64,000 nucleotides of DNA from an uncultured Pseudomonadota bacterium (GTDB lineage: Bacteria; Myxococcota_A; Polyangia; Fen-1088): assembly GCA_963847705.1 (NCBI GenBank), contig CAWKBC010000001.1, positions 166,265 to 230,264 of the forward strand, given 5' to 3'. The stretch's first letter is position 1, and every line of letters begins with the position of its first letter. Below the pieces are notes generated by a model that was not told the DNA's origin, made no database searches, and was given only the letters and a program-made list of their open reading frames with translations. This document shows positions 39,179 to 48,539 of the stretch, piece by piece. Position numbers and translations under genes: made by a program.

Positions 39179-40183
39179 TCATGGGCCGTAGGTGTTTGGA
39201 TCGAGGAGCAGCTGCCAGAAGCGCGCCTGCGCAGCGGCGCTGTTGTTTTGGGTGACGAGCAGAAGGGGTCCGGCAGGATCGGCGGCGAGGTCCGGTCCGG
39301 CGCTCGCGCCAGCGCCGAGGTGCGCCGCCGCCGAGACGCTCTCCACGGCGGTTACGAAACTCGGAATGCCCACCGCCACGACGCCGACCTGATCGGCCGC
39401 TTGGTCGAGATCGAAGATGCTCGGTTGCTTCGCGGCGATCCAGCTGCCGAAGGCGTTGCCGGGAAGGTCCGCGAGGCGCGCGTTCGGCACGTCCGTGGTC
39501 TGGTCGTAGTAGGCGCTGACCTGTACGAAGCGAAAGTTCGCCGTGACGATGGCGTCGGCCCAGGGATCCATCTCGCCGTTGGGCGGACCCATCCCGCCCC
39601 CGGTGCTCGTCGTGGTCCCCAGGGACGAAACCACGACGATCCGTTCGATGACCGTCGGGTCGATGAGGTAAGCGTCCGCCACATCCGTCAGCCGGCCACC
39701 CGTCACCACGACCAGCGGCCGGTAGGGGAGGCTCAGGCTCGAGGACAGGTCGACAATCGTGTGCGCGCCCTCCGAGCGGTTCGCGGTGGTGTCCTCGATC
39801 TGCCCGCTCGCCGGCCGGGTGAGAGGAGGTCCGGTGCTGGCTTGCGGATCGGGGATGTTGCGCAGGCCGCTGGCGCGGGCCGCCGCCACCATCCCCCGCC
39901 AGCCCGCCATGTTGGTGTCGAGATCGGGCCAGGGGCCGCTCGTGTTGATGATGATGCCGGCCAGCTTCGGGCCGCCGCCATTCGCCAGCAGCATGGCGTA
40001 CTCACCTTGCCAGTTGTCGGTGGCACCGTCGTTGGTGAGAAGGATCGGGTTGCGCTCGTCGACGGGCAGGAGGCCGTGCGGAACACTCGAGCCGAGGTTC
40101 CGGCTCTCGGAGCAGCCCAGCGCCAGGGCGGCCAGGGCCAACCTGGCTCCGGCAGATCGCCTCACCGACAAGCGAGCTTTCAT
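39179..40183 (-). CDS. Nucleoside-hydrolase-fold lipoprotein (degenerate), orphan copy
   Basis: LPVDERNP, NDGATDNW, GGRLTDVADAYLIDP, NGEMDPWAD; ALGC lipobox. Confidence 0.7.
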   Translation of the reverse strand: MKARLSVRRSAGARLALAALALGCSESRNLGSSVPHGLLPVDERNPILLTNDGATDNWQGEYAMLLANGGGPKLAGIIINTSGPWPDLDTNMAGWRGMVAAARASGLRNIPDPQASTGPPLTRPASGQIEDTTANRSEGAHTIVDLSSSLSLPYRPLVVVTGGRLTDVADAYLIDPTVIERIVVVSSLGTTTSTGGGMGPPNGEMDPWADAIVTANFRFVQVSAYYDQTTDVPNARLADLPGNAFGSWIAAKQPSIFDLDQAADQVGVVAVGIPSFVTAVESVSAAAHLGAGASAGPDLAADPAGPLLLVTQNNSAAAQARFWQLLLDPNTYGP

Positions 40184-40202
40184 GGGAGCAGCTCACTTTT
40201 CG

Positions 40203-40228
40203 ATACAAACGCGCCGCCCAGACGCAGT
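40203..40228 (+). promoter_or_regulatory. Putative promoter ATACAA-N14-CGCAGT, 8 nt before ATG 40237
   Basis: Recurring motif. Confidence 0.5.
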
Positions 40229-40236
40229 AGGGGTCC

Positions 40237-42918
40237 ATGGCAACCAGGGACTCGACCGGGGTTTGGGTGTTCGTCGCGGCTGTGCTGGTCGCTGCGGGCT
40301 GTCAGTCCGGAGCCGGCGCGAGCGGTGCAGGCGGCAGCGCGGCGGCCGGAGCCGACGGCGGTTCGAGCAGCACCGGCGGAAGCGGCTCGGGCGGCGCGTC
40401 GGGCACAGGCGGGAGCGTGCCGGGCGGCGGAGGATCGGCCGCCACGGGTGGTCGAGCGGGTGAGAGCGGCGGCGCGAGCGGCGGCAGTGGCGGAGCGATC
40501 GGTAGCGGCGGAAGCGGCAGCGGGGGGACGGCCACGGGAGGCTCGACGGGCAGCGGCGGCGCGGGCATGGCCGGAAAGGGCGGCACCGCAGGAGGTGGCG
40601 GCCAGCCGGGAGCGGGCGGCGCCGGCGGGTTGTCCTGCAGCGCGCCGACACCGACCGGAAGCACCTACGCCGTCGATGCCACGGGGGTGACGTTCAGCTT
40701 GAACCCCGGTCGGTTGAGGGTGCAGGTGTGCAAGGAAGACGTCATCCGGATCGCCTACACGTCGGCCTCCTCGATCCCGGCCAAGACGTCGCTGTCGGTC
40801 AGCGCGACATGGGGGACGCCCAGCTTTTGCGTGACCGAGGCGGCCGGCGTGCTGACGATCGCGACGTCGCGCCTGAAGGCGAAGGTCACCGAGAGCAGCG
40901 GCCTGGTCACCTACACCGACCTCGCCGACAACCTCCTGGTCTCGGAGAACAGCAAGAGCCTCAAGGCCGCGACCGTCGAGGGCGTCAGCACCAACACCGT
41001 CAGCGCCGCGTTCAACTCGCCGACCAACGAGGCGCTGTTCGGTCTCGGCCAGCACCAGGACGGCGTCATGAACCGCAAGGGCTCGACGCTGCACATGCTC
41101 AACGCCAACACGCAGATCCAGATCCCCGTGCTGGTCTCCAACAGAGGATACGGGCTCTTCTGGGACAACTATTCGACGACCGACTTCGCGGGAAACGTCT
41201 CCGGCAACACGCAGTACAGCTTCAGCTCCGAGACGGGCGATCTGGTCGACTACTACTTTTTCTACGGCCCGACGATCGACCAGGTCATCGCCAACTACCG
41301 GGCGACCACCGGCGCAGCGCCGCTCTTCCCCAAGTGGGCGTACGGCCTCTTCCAGTCGAAGGACCACTACCAGAGCTCGTCCGAGCTGCTCTCCGTCGAG
41401 CAGGGCTACCGGAGCAACAACATCCCCGTCGACGTCATCGTGCAGGACTGGCAGTACTGGAGCCCGTACGTCTGGGGCTCGCAGCTGATGGACCCGAGCC
41501 GCTATCCGGATCCCGCCGGGCTGGTGAACCAGCTGCACGCGGCCAACGTCCACACGATGATCTCCATCTGGCCGCTTTATCAGACCCGCAGCCCCGCCAC
41601 GCCGATGGTCACCGGGGAGCTCGATCCCTACAACGCGCTCAACGCCATCAACGCGCTCTATCCCGACACGACGAGCGGTGGTCTTTATCATTTCTACGAC
41701 ACCTTCAATGCCATGGCCCGGACGCTCAGCTACCAGTACGACCACGATCGTCTGCTGGCGAAGTACGGCTGGGACGCCATCTGGGCGGACAACACCGAGC
41801 CGCAGGGCTACCCGGACGGGGTGAACGTCCACGCCGCCACCACCGCCCTCGGCAAGGGCGCGTTCTACATCAACGCCTATCCTCTCGAGCACAACCGCGG
41901 CCTCTACGAGGGCTGGCGGGGCATCGGGCCCAACAACAAGCGCGTCTACGTCCTCACCCGCAGCGCGTTCGCCGGCCAGCAGCGGTACGCGGCGGGGGTC
42001 TGGTCCGGCGACATCAACGCCACGGCCAGCGTCTATGCCGCGCAGATCCCGGGCGGCCTCAGCTACGCGATCTCGGGGATGCCCTACTGGACCACCGACA
42101 TCGGTGGCTACTTCGGAACCCCCAGCGAAGAGCTCTTCACCCGCTGGTTTCAGTTCGGCGCCTTCTGCCCGACGTTCCGCATTCACGGCCAGGCCCCGAA
42201 GGAGCTCTACGGCGCGCAGTGGAGCACGCAGGGCAAGGCCAACATGCTGGCCGTCGACAACCTGCGCTACCGCCTGATGCCCTACATCTATTCGCTGGCC
42301 TGGATGGTGACGAACCAGGGGTACACGATCATGCGCCCGCTGGTCTTCGACTTCCAGAACGACACCAAGGTCTACGGCATCACCGACCAGTACATGTTCG
42401 GCCCGGCCTTGCTGGTCAATCCGGTGACCGCGACCGGGGCCACCAGCCGATCGGTCTATCTGCCGGCCGGGACCTGGTACGACTTCTGGTCGGGATCGAC
42501 GACGACAGGCGGCGCCACCAGCACGGCCAGCGCGCCGCTGAGCCAGATCCCCGTTTACGTTCGAGCCGGATCGATCGTTCCGATGGGGCCGATGATCCAG
42601 TACGCCACGCAGAGCGCCGACCCGCTGGAGATCCGCGTCTACAAGGGGCAGAGCGGAACGTTCACGCTGTACGAAGACGAAGGCGATACGTACGACTACG
42701 AGACCGGTCAGCATGCCCAGATTCAGCTCTCCTGGGACGACGGCGCCCAGCAGCTGACGATCGGCGCCCGGACCGGCAGCTACACCGGCATGCTCAGCAG
42801 CCGGACCTTCAACGTCGTCTGGATGGGGGCCAATCACGGAGCGGGCGTGGCCGTCACCTCCGCCCCGGATCAGGTGGTCAAGTACGACGGCGCGCAGGTC
42901 GTCGTCAGCGCGAAGTAG
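40237..42918 (+). CDS. GH31 alpha-xylosidase-like lipoprotein
   Basis: GLGQHQ, DVIVQDWQYW, IWADNTEP, WSGDI, WTTDIGG, LYEDEG; AAGC lipobox. Confidence 0.9.
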   Translation: MATRDSTGVWVFVAAVLVAAGCQSGAGASGAGGSAAAGADGGSSSTGGSGSGGASGTGGSVPGGGGSAATGGRAGESGGASGGSGGAIGSGGSGSGGTATGGSTGSGGAGMAGKGGTAGGGGQPGAGGAGGLSCSAPTPTGSTYAVDATGVTFSLNPGRLRVQVCKEDVIRIAYTSASSIPAKTSLSVSATWGTPSFCVTEAAGVLTIATSRLKAKVTESSGLVTYTDLADNLLVSENSKSLKAATVEGVSTNTVSAAFNSPTNEALFGLGQHQDGVMNRKGSTLHMLNANTQIQIPVLVSNRGYGLFWDNYSTTDFAGNVSGNTQYSFSSETGDLVDYYFFYGPTIDQVIANYRATTGAAPLFPKWAYGLFQSKDHYQSSSELLSVEQGYRSNNIPVDVIVQDWQYWSPYVWGSQLMDPSRYPDPAGLVNQLHAANVHTMISIWPLYQTRSPATPMVTGELDPYNALNAINALYPDTTSGGLYHFYDTFNAMARTLSYQYDHDRLLAKYGWDAIWADNTEPQGYPDGVNVHAATTALGKGAFYINAYPLEHNRGLYEGWRGIGPNNKRVYVLTRSAFAGQQRYAAGVWSGDINATASVYAAQIPGGLSYAISGMPYWTTDIGGYFGTPSEELFTRWFQFGAFCPTFRIHGQAPKELYGAQWSTQGKANMLAVDNLRYRLMPYIYSLAWMVTNQGYTIMRPLVFDFQNDTKVYGITDQYMFGPALLVNPVTATGATSRSVYLPAGTWYDFWSGSTTTGGATSTASAPLSQIPVYVRAGSIVPMGPMIQYATQSADPLEIRVYKGQSGTFTLYEDEGDTYDYETGQHAQIQLSWDDGAQQLTIGARTGSYTGMLSSRTFNVVWMGANHGAGVAVTSAPDQVVKYDGAQVVVSAK

Positions 42919-42928
42919 CTGCGCCCAG

Positions 42929-44014
42929 CTAATGAACATGAGCACCGAGGTCGATCCCAACCACCGCGGCCAGACGCGGCGCGGTCCAGACTGGAACCTG
43001 ATCGAGGGTGCCCGTCCAGCGAATCACGTTCGCCAGGCCGTCGGCGTGGGCGTCCACGAAGAAGTGGTGGCCGAGAGCCTGGACGATGCCGATCCGAGCT
43101 CCCGCTTGAACCAACGGCACGACGGCCGACGTCGGCAGGTCGATGTCCTCGCCGGTCATTCTGACTTCACCGGCGTTGGCCAGGAGGCAGGCTCTCCAGC
43201 GCGTGAGCAGCGCGCAGGCGGCGGCGCTCGCCAGCAGGTGTTGCTGCGAGAAGCCTGCGCCGTCCGAGCGCCGGGTCGTGCTCGGCGAGCTGGCCTCGGC
43301 GGCGAGCTCGAGGGAGACGTGCCGCCAGGCGACACCGCCGCTCACGCCTCCGAGCAGCACGGGTGTCGACGACATCCCGAACCCGACCGCGGTCCCTGCG
43401 CCCATCGCCCACGCTGGGCGGGGGCCACGCGCCGTTCTGGGTGTTGATGATTCCGTTTCGAGAACCGCGGCGGGAGGCGCCGTCCGCTCATTGGAGACGG
43501 GCGGGGCGATGGAGACGGGCAGGGCGGCCGGCGACTGCGTCGCGGGTTGCGTCGCGGTCACTTCAGGTGGAGGACCTGTGCTCGTTGAAGCGATCGCGGG
43601 CGCGGCCGTGCCGGCGCCGGGATCCCTGGTCATCGCCAGCAGCTGGATCTGCACGGCGAGCGCCGCCGCGAGAGTGCGCACGAGATGCCGACAGTCCTTG
43701 GTGACGACAGGCAAGGTCTGATCGCCGGCCCACCTGCCGGTTGCATCGCGCCATTCGATGTGACCGTCGATGGCGTCGATTCCCGGCGTGATCCGGACGA
43801 AGACATGGTCGGCGGAGGCCTCGGAGAAGGGGTCGTAGCCCAGCCGGGCCCTGACCATGCCTTCGAAGTCCTGCACGGCGGGACACCCGGGGCCCCCGTC
43901 GTAGTCGAGGCTCACGATGAACAGGGCGGCTTGTGCTCGGCCGGCGCACAGACCCAACGTCGCGACGTACACCGCGCAGGCGCAAACGAGCGGGCTGGCG
44001 CGTCCGATGCTCAC
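42929..44014 (-). CDS. Two-domain exported protein with putative beta-barrel (paralog of 13114)
   Basis: LDY..GCP..F...RLGYDPF; LAVQIQL; R.DG.GFS; WTAPR..GIDLG. Confidence 0.75.
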   Translation of the reverse strand: MSIGRASPLVCACAVYVATLGLCAGRAQAALFIVSLDYDGGPGCPAVQDFEGMVRARLGYDPFSEASADHVFVRITPGIDAIDGHIEWRDATGRWAGDQTLPVVTKDCRHLVRTLAAALAVQIQLLAMTRDPGAGTAAPAIASTSTGPPPEVTATQPATQSPAALPVSIAPPVSNERTAPPAAVLETESSTPRTARGPRPAWAMGAGTAVGFGMSSTPVLLGGVSGGVAWRHVSLELAAEASSPSTTRRSDGAGFSQQHLLASAAACALLTRWRACLLANAGEVRMTGEDIDLPTSAVVPLVQAGARIGIVQALGHHFFVDAHADGLANVIRWTGTLDQVPVWTAPRLAAVVGIDLGAHVH

Positions 44015-44026
44015 GGGCCGCCGGCC

Positions 44027-44755
44027 TCAGGGAGCCGATTCTTCGCGCGATTTGTGCTCGATGCCCGGCAGGAGGACGCTGCGGGGGAACCGCGCGGCAA
44101 AAGCGGCGCCGGCGCGCTTGGCTTCCACCTCGTGCCCGGCGGCCAGCAGCGACTCGACCCGCAACGCCTCGCACTCTTCGGCGAGGGGGCCATCGGGGAA
44201 GCGCCGCGCATGCTCCGCCACCAGCGCCAGGGCGCTCCGAAAGTCGCCGCGTGCGTAGGCAAGGTGTGCGTGCTGGAGCAGCGCGACCTCGGCAAACGGA
44301 TCTGCGCCGCGTGCAATGGGCCTCAGGTGCCTGTTTGTCTTCTTGTGACGAATGGCGGGCGTCGAGCCCACTGTCGCTGGCGCCGGCTCGGGATCCTCTC
44401 GAACGTCGGCGGGGAACGAGATGGAGCTCTCGGGGGAGCCCCCCGGGGGAGCAGACGCTGTCCGCCCGCGGAGCGCGGCCACCGCGCCGGCCGCGCCGGC
44501 AAGAATGGCGAGCGCCGCAGCGACGGCCCACCGGCGCAGACCGCCGCGTTGCGAGATCGGGGCGGCCGACGGCCTCGGACCGCCAAAGGGGGCCGTTCGG
44601 GTGATCAGGCGTCTGCCCGATTTGAGCGTGAAAACGAAGGCCCGGCTGCGGGCGAGCACCCGCGCGCGAACGTCGTCGGGGAGCTGGCGCGCCGCCGTGC
44701 GGAAACGGAGCAGGCTCTCCAGTTCCGGATCGAGCTCCGGGCCCTCGCGCTTCAT
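44027..44755 (-). CDS. Putative anti-sigma factor with TPR-like C-terminus
   Basis: ATGA overlap with sigma; TM; EECEALRVESL..RFPRSVLL. Confidence 0.8.
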   Translation of the reverse strand: MKREGPELDPELESLLRFRTAARQLPDDVRARVLARSRAFVFTLKSGRRLITRTAPFGGPRPSAAPISQRGGLRRWAVAAALAILAGAAGAVAALRGRTASAPPGGSPESSISFPADVREDPEPAPATVGSTPAIRHKKTNRHLRPIARGADPFAEVALLQHAHLAYARGDFRSALALVAEHARRFPDGPLAEECEALRVESLLAAGHEVEAKRAGAAFAARFPRSVLLPGIEHKSREESAP

Positions 44756-45303
44756 CCCCGCACCTTCCCCCTCTGGAGCGCGCGCACCGCCGAAGCGAGC
44801 TCCTTCCGTCCTTTGCGGAGCCTCGCATAGACGCCGAACCGCGTGATCGAAAGCCGGCGAGCGATCTCGATGACCTCTACCCCGTCGAGGTCGTGGAGCA
44901 TGAGAACCGAACGGCGCGCGTCAGGAACGCGCTCGAGGGCCGCCGAGAGCAGCGCCAGAGACTGCTGCTCTTGGATGTTGTCCTCGGGATCGGGAGCGAC
45001 GTCCGGCGGATCCAGGCCCTCGCGCGGCGTCTCGCGCAGCTGGCGCCGGCGGTAGGTCCGGACCATGCGAAACGCCACCCCGAACAGCCAGGGGCGGAGG
45101 GGACGGGTCGTGTCCAGGGTCGGCCATTTGTTGTGAAGCACCGCGAAGGTGTCCTGCAGGAGATCTTCGGTGTCGGCCGGGCGGGCGCCCAGGCGCTGCA
45201 GCGTCCAGTAGAGATAGTCGAGCTCTCGAGCGAACGCCTGGAAGCAGGATGTCACCGCCTCCGGTTGCGGCGTGGTGGCTCGGAGAAAATGCAGAGTGCC
45301 CAT
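44752..45303 (-). CDS. ECF RNA polymerase sigma factor (copy 4)
   Basis: EDLLQDTF, RPWLFGVAFR, RRSVLMLHDLD, VYARLRKGR. Confidence 0.9.
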   Translation of the reverse strand: MGTLHFLRATTPQPEAVTSCFQAFARELDYLYWTLQRLGARPADTEDLLQDTFAVLHNKWPTLDTTRPLRPWLFGVAFRMVRTYRRRQLRETPREGLDPPDVAPDPEDNIQEQQSLALLSAALERVPDARRSVLMLHDLDGVEVIEIARRLSITRFGVYARLRKGRKELASAVRALQRGKVRG

Positions 45304-45383
45304 CCCAGCACTGGGTAACTGCGCCGAACGGGCCCTCCGTTCACTGCATTCTTCTCTCTCGAGCGCAAAACCGGACGGGGAGA

Positions 45384-46388
45384 TCAGTTCGTGCCGAGCA
45401 AGACCTTCCAGAACAGGCTCGTCGCCGCCGCTCCGTCGCACCCGGTCACGAGCCAGCCTGGGCCGCTTTGTTTCGTCGCCAGGTTGGGTCCGGCCGTGGC
45501 GCCCCCGTCGACGCCCCCGGCCGGAGAGACCCGCTCGATCGCCGTCGCGAAGCTCGCAAGACCGACCGCCAGGACGGAGACCTGGTCCGAGGCGGGCGAC
45601 CACTGCCAGAGGTTGGGCTGCTTGGACGCGATCCAGGCGCCGAGGGCGTTGTTGGGGAGCTGGGAGAGGCTGGAGGTGGGGACGTCGGTCAGCTGGTCGT
45701 ACCAGGCGCTGATCTGAACGTAGCGAAACCGGGAGGCGACGATGAAGTCAGCCCAGGGATCGCCGTCGCCATTGGGCGAGCCCATGCCGCCTCCCGTGCT
45801 GGTCGTGCTCCCCAGCGAGGAGACGATTACCACCCGTTCGGTGACCGTCGGATCGACGAGATAGGCGTCGGCGACGTCGGTCAGGGCGCCACCCGTGGCG
45901 ATCACCAGCGGCCGATAGGGCAGTCCCAGGCTCTTGGAGGTGTCGACGATGAGCAGCGCGCCCGCCGACCGGTTGGGCTGCGTATCATCGATGTTGCCGC
46001 TCGCCGGCGCGACCAGCGGCGCTCCGATGCTGGGGATCGGATCGGGCAGGTTCGTGAGCCCGCTGGCTCGGGCGGCGGCGACCAGATCGGTGTAACCACC
46101 CACGTTCGTCTCGATGTCCGGCCAGTCGGAGGTCTCGTCCACGATGATCGCGGCGAGTGGCGAGCCCCCGCCGTTCGCCAACAAGACGGCATACTCTCCT
46201 GACCAGTTGTCGTAGGCGCCGTCGTTCAACAGAATGATCGGATTGCGCTCATCGACGGGCAGGAGCCCGGCCGGACGGTCGTAACCGGCGTCGAGCGTCT
46301 CCTTGCAACCACCAGCGACGACGGCGGTGGCGAGCGCCAGCAGGCAGCCCGTGGTCGCCCGGAGGGCGATTTGCCGAAGAATCAGCAT
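45384..46388 (-). CDS. Nucleoside-hydrolase-fold lipoprotein (degenerate)
   Basis: AGGC-KETLDAG, NDGAYDNW, GGALTDVADAYLVDP, NGDGDPWAD. Confidence 0.7.
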   Translation of the reverse strand: MLILRQIALRATTGCLLALATAVVAGGCKETLDAGYDRPAGLLPVDERNPIILLNDGAYDNWSGEYAVLLANGGGSPLAAIIVDETSDWPDIETNVGGYTDLVAAARASGLTNLPDPIPSIGAPLVAPASGNIDDTQPNRSAGALLIVDTSKSLGLPYRPLVIATGGALTDVADAYLVDPTVTERVVIVSSLGSTTSTGGGMGSPNGDGDPWADFIVASRFRYVQISAWYDQLTDVPTSSLSQLPNNALGAWIASKQPNLWQWSPASDQVSVLAVGLASFATAIERVSPAGGVDGGATAGPNLATKQSGPGWLVTGCDGAAATSLFWKVLLGTN

Positions 46389-46460
46389 CGTCGAGTACAG
46401 CCTGACGCCTGAACCTCCATCGTACCCTGAGGGGCTCGCTCCAGCCCTGACGATTTCTCT

Positions 46461-46485
46461 CCACAAACCGGGGGGCAGCGACAGC
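46461..46485 (+). promoter_or_regulatory. Putative promoter CCACAA-N13-GACAGC, 8 nt before ATG 46494
   Basis: Recurring motif. Confidence 0.5.
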
Positions 46486-46493
46486 TACTGGAG

Positions 46494-48533
46494 ATGAGCC
46501 CTGCAAATCCCCCAGCGTCCGACCCCTGCGCGCGCCGAACAAAACCCTTTCTGTTCGGGCGCTTGTGGCCGGCTCTGGTGGCTCTCGGCCTGGTGCTCCT
46601 GTCAGCCTCCCGATCCTTCGCCGACAACCCCATCGTCCAGACCAACTACACGTCCGATCCCGCGCCCATGGTCTCCAACGGGCAGGTCTACCTCATCACG
46701 ACGCACGATGAGAACGTGGCCGGACAACCGTGCAGCGCGGTGGCCGGTTACACCCTGTGCAAGTGGTTCGCCTACTCGTCGGCGGACATGGTGAACTGGA
46801 CCGATCACGGGACGATCGCGACCTGGAGCACGTTCAGCTGGGCGTCGACCGCTGCCTGGGCTCCCCAGGCCATCCCCCGCAACGGCAAGTTTTATCTCTA
46901 CGTCCCCCTGAGCAACAAATCTGGCGCGACGGTCATCGGGGTGGGCGTCTCCAACAGCCCCATCGGCCCCTACACGGACGCCATCGGCCAGCCGCTGGTC
47001 ACGGGAGGTTGCCCCAACGAGACGGGCGACATCGATCCCACCGTCTTCATCGACGATGACGGGCAAGCGTACCTGTATTTCGGAAGAAGCGTTCCCGGCT
47101 ACGTCAAGCTGAACACGGACATGATCTCGTACGCGGGGGGCGTCCAATGCCCTTCGGACAGCAGCCAGGCCTTCGGGCCTGCTCCCTCCGCAGGCGGCTT
47201 CCCCTCTCAGTACGAAGAGGGTCCCTGGATCATGAAGCACGGCACGACCTACTACCTCGCGTACGCGGCCAACAACATTCCGGAAGACATCTCCTACTCC
47301 AGGGCCACCTCAGCCACCGGGCCCTTCACCTACGGCGGGACCATCATGAAGGCGATGGGTGCGAGCTTCACCAATCACACCGGCATCATTGACTTCAATG
47401 GCCACTCGTATTTTTTCTATCACGATGGCGCCTTGCAAAAAGGCGGCTCGGTCCCCTCGAACGGCGATGGCTATCACCGCTCGGTCTGTCTCGAGGAGTT
47501 CAAGTACAACTCCGACGGGTCGATCCCGACCATCGCACCGACGAGCGCCGGCCCGCAGGCCATCGCCAACCTGAACCCGTTCCTGCAGACCGAGGCGGAG
47601 ACCATCGCCTGGGAATCCGGCGTCCAGACGGAGGCGACCAGCGATACGGGAGGCGGGATGGACGTCACCGCCATCGACAGCGGCGACTACATCAAGGTCC
47701 GGAGCGTCGATTTCGGCGCCGGGGCGACCTCCTTCGACGCGCGGGTGGCCTCGAACGGCAGCGGCGGGAGCATCGAGCTGCACCTCGACAGCCTCACCGG
47801 CACGGTGATCGGGACCTGCGCCGTCTCGGGGACCGGCGGCGCCCAGACCTGGAGCACGAAGTCGTGCTCCGTCACCAGCACGACGGGGGTCCATGATCTG
47901 TTCCTGAAGTTCACCGGTTCCGGCAGCAACCTCTTCAACTTCAACTGGTGGAGGTTCGAAGGGCCGGGCGCGGCATCCAGCGACGGCGGCGCCACGGGCG
48001 GCACCGGGGCAGGCGGAACGTCGGCGTCGGGCGGCACCACCGGCTCGGGTGGCAAAGGGGGCGGCGGCGGCGCCACGGCGACGGGCACGGGCGGTTCGGC
48101 CAGCGGCGGGGTCTCCGGCACGGGTGGTCGCGGCGGCTCGGCAGGCGGCAGCGGCGGCACGATCGTGAGCGGAACCGGCGGCGCGGCTGGTTCCACCTCG
48201 GGGGGCAGCGGCGGAGCCAAGGGGAGCGGCGGAGTCATCGGCAGCGGTGGCTCCGCAGCCAGCGGCGGGACGACTGGAAGCGGTGGCGCGGTGGCCAGCG
48301 GCGGTGTCTCCGGCACGGGCGGCTCGGACGGCTCGGGCGGCACGGGAATGACGGGAAGCTCCGGCGGCAGCGGCGTCAATGACGGCGGCACCAGCGGGTG
48401 CAGCTGCCAGAGCAGTCCCGGACGGGGCGACGGCGCCTTCGGGATCCTGGCGTTGCTCGCGGCGGCGATCTGCCTGCGCCGCCGGGAGAGTCGGTCTCCG
48501 GTGAGCCAGCGAGACGGCGGGGCGGCGCGCTGA
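46494..48533 (+). CDS. GH43 arabinofuranosidase/xylosidase + CBM6 + Gly linker + MYXO-CTERM
   Basis: SDPAPMV, WAP, IDPTVFIDDDG, EGPW; CBM6 VDFGAGA..FNFNWW; tail GCSC..TM..RRR. Confidence 0.92.
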   Translation: MSPANPPASDPCARRTKPFLFGRLWPALVALGLVLLSASRSFADNPIVQTNYTSDPAPMVSNGQVYLITTHDENVAGQPCSAVAGYTLCKWFAYSSADMVNWTDHGTIATWSTFSWASTAAWAPQAIPRNGKFYLYVPLSNKSGATVIGVGVSNSPIGPYTDAIGQPLVTGGCPNETGDIDPTVFIDDDGQAYLYFGRSVPGYVKLNTDMISYAGGVQCPSDSSQAFGPAPSAGGFPSQYEEGPWIMKHGTTYYLAYAANNIPEDISYSRATSATGPFTYGGTIMKAMGASFTNHTGIIDFNGHSYFFYHDGALQKGGSVPSNGDGYHRSVCLEEFKYNSDGSIPTIAPTSAGPQAIANLNPFLQTEAETIAWESGVQTEATSDTGGGMDVTAIDSGDYIKVRSVDFGAGATSFDARVASNGSGGSIELHLDSLTGTVIGTCAVSGTGGAQTWSTKSCSVTSTTGVHDLFLKFTGSGSNLFNFNWWRFEGPGAASSDGGATGGTGAGGTSASGGTTGSGGKGGGGGATATGTGGSASGGVSGTGGRGGSAGGSGGTIVSGTGGAAGSTSGGSGGAKGSGGVIGSGGSAASGGTTGSGGAVASGGVSGTGGSDGSGGTGMTGSSGGSGVNDGGTSGCSCQSSPGRGDGAFGILALLAAAICLRRRESRSPVSQRDGGAAR

Positions 48534-48539
48534 GAGCCG

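Noticed and set aside
40180-42960. Very long antisense ORFs (also 5178-7262, 56184-58880, 31850-33424, 9518-10972)
   Set aside because: They fully overlap motif-supported genes and have no motifs of their own; expected from high-GC codon bias
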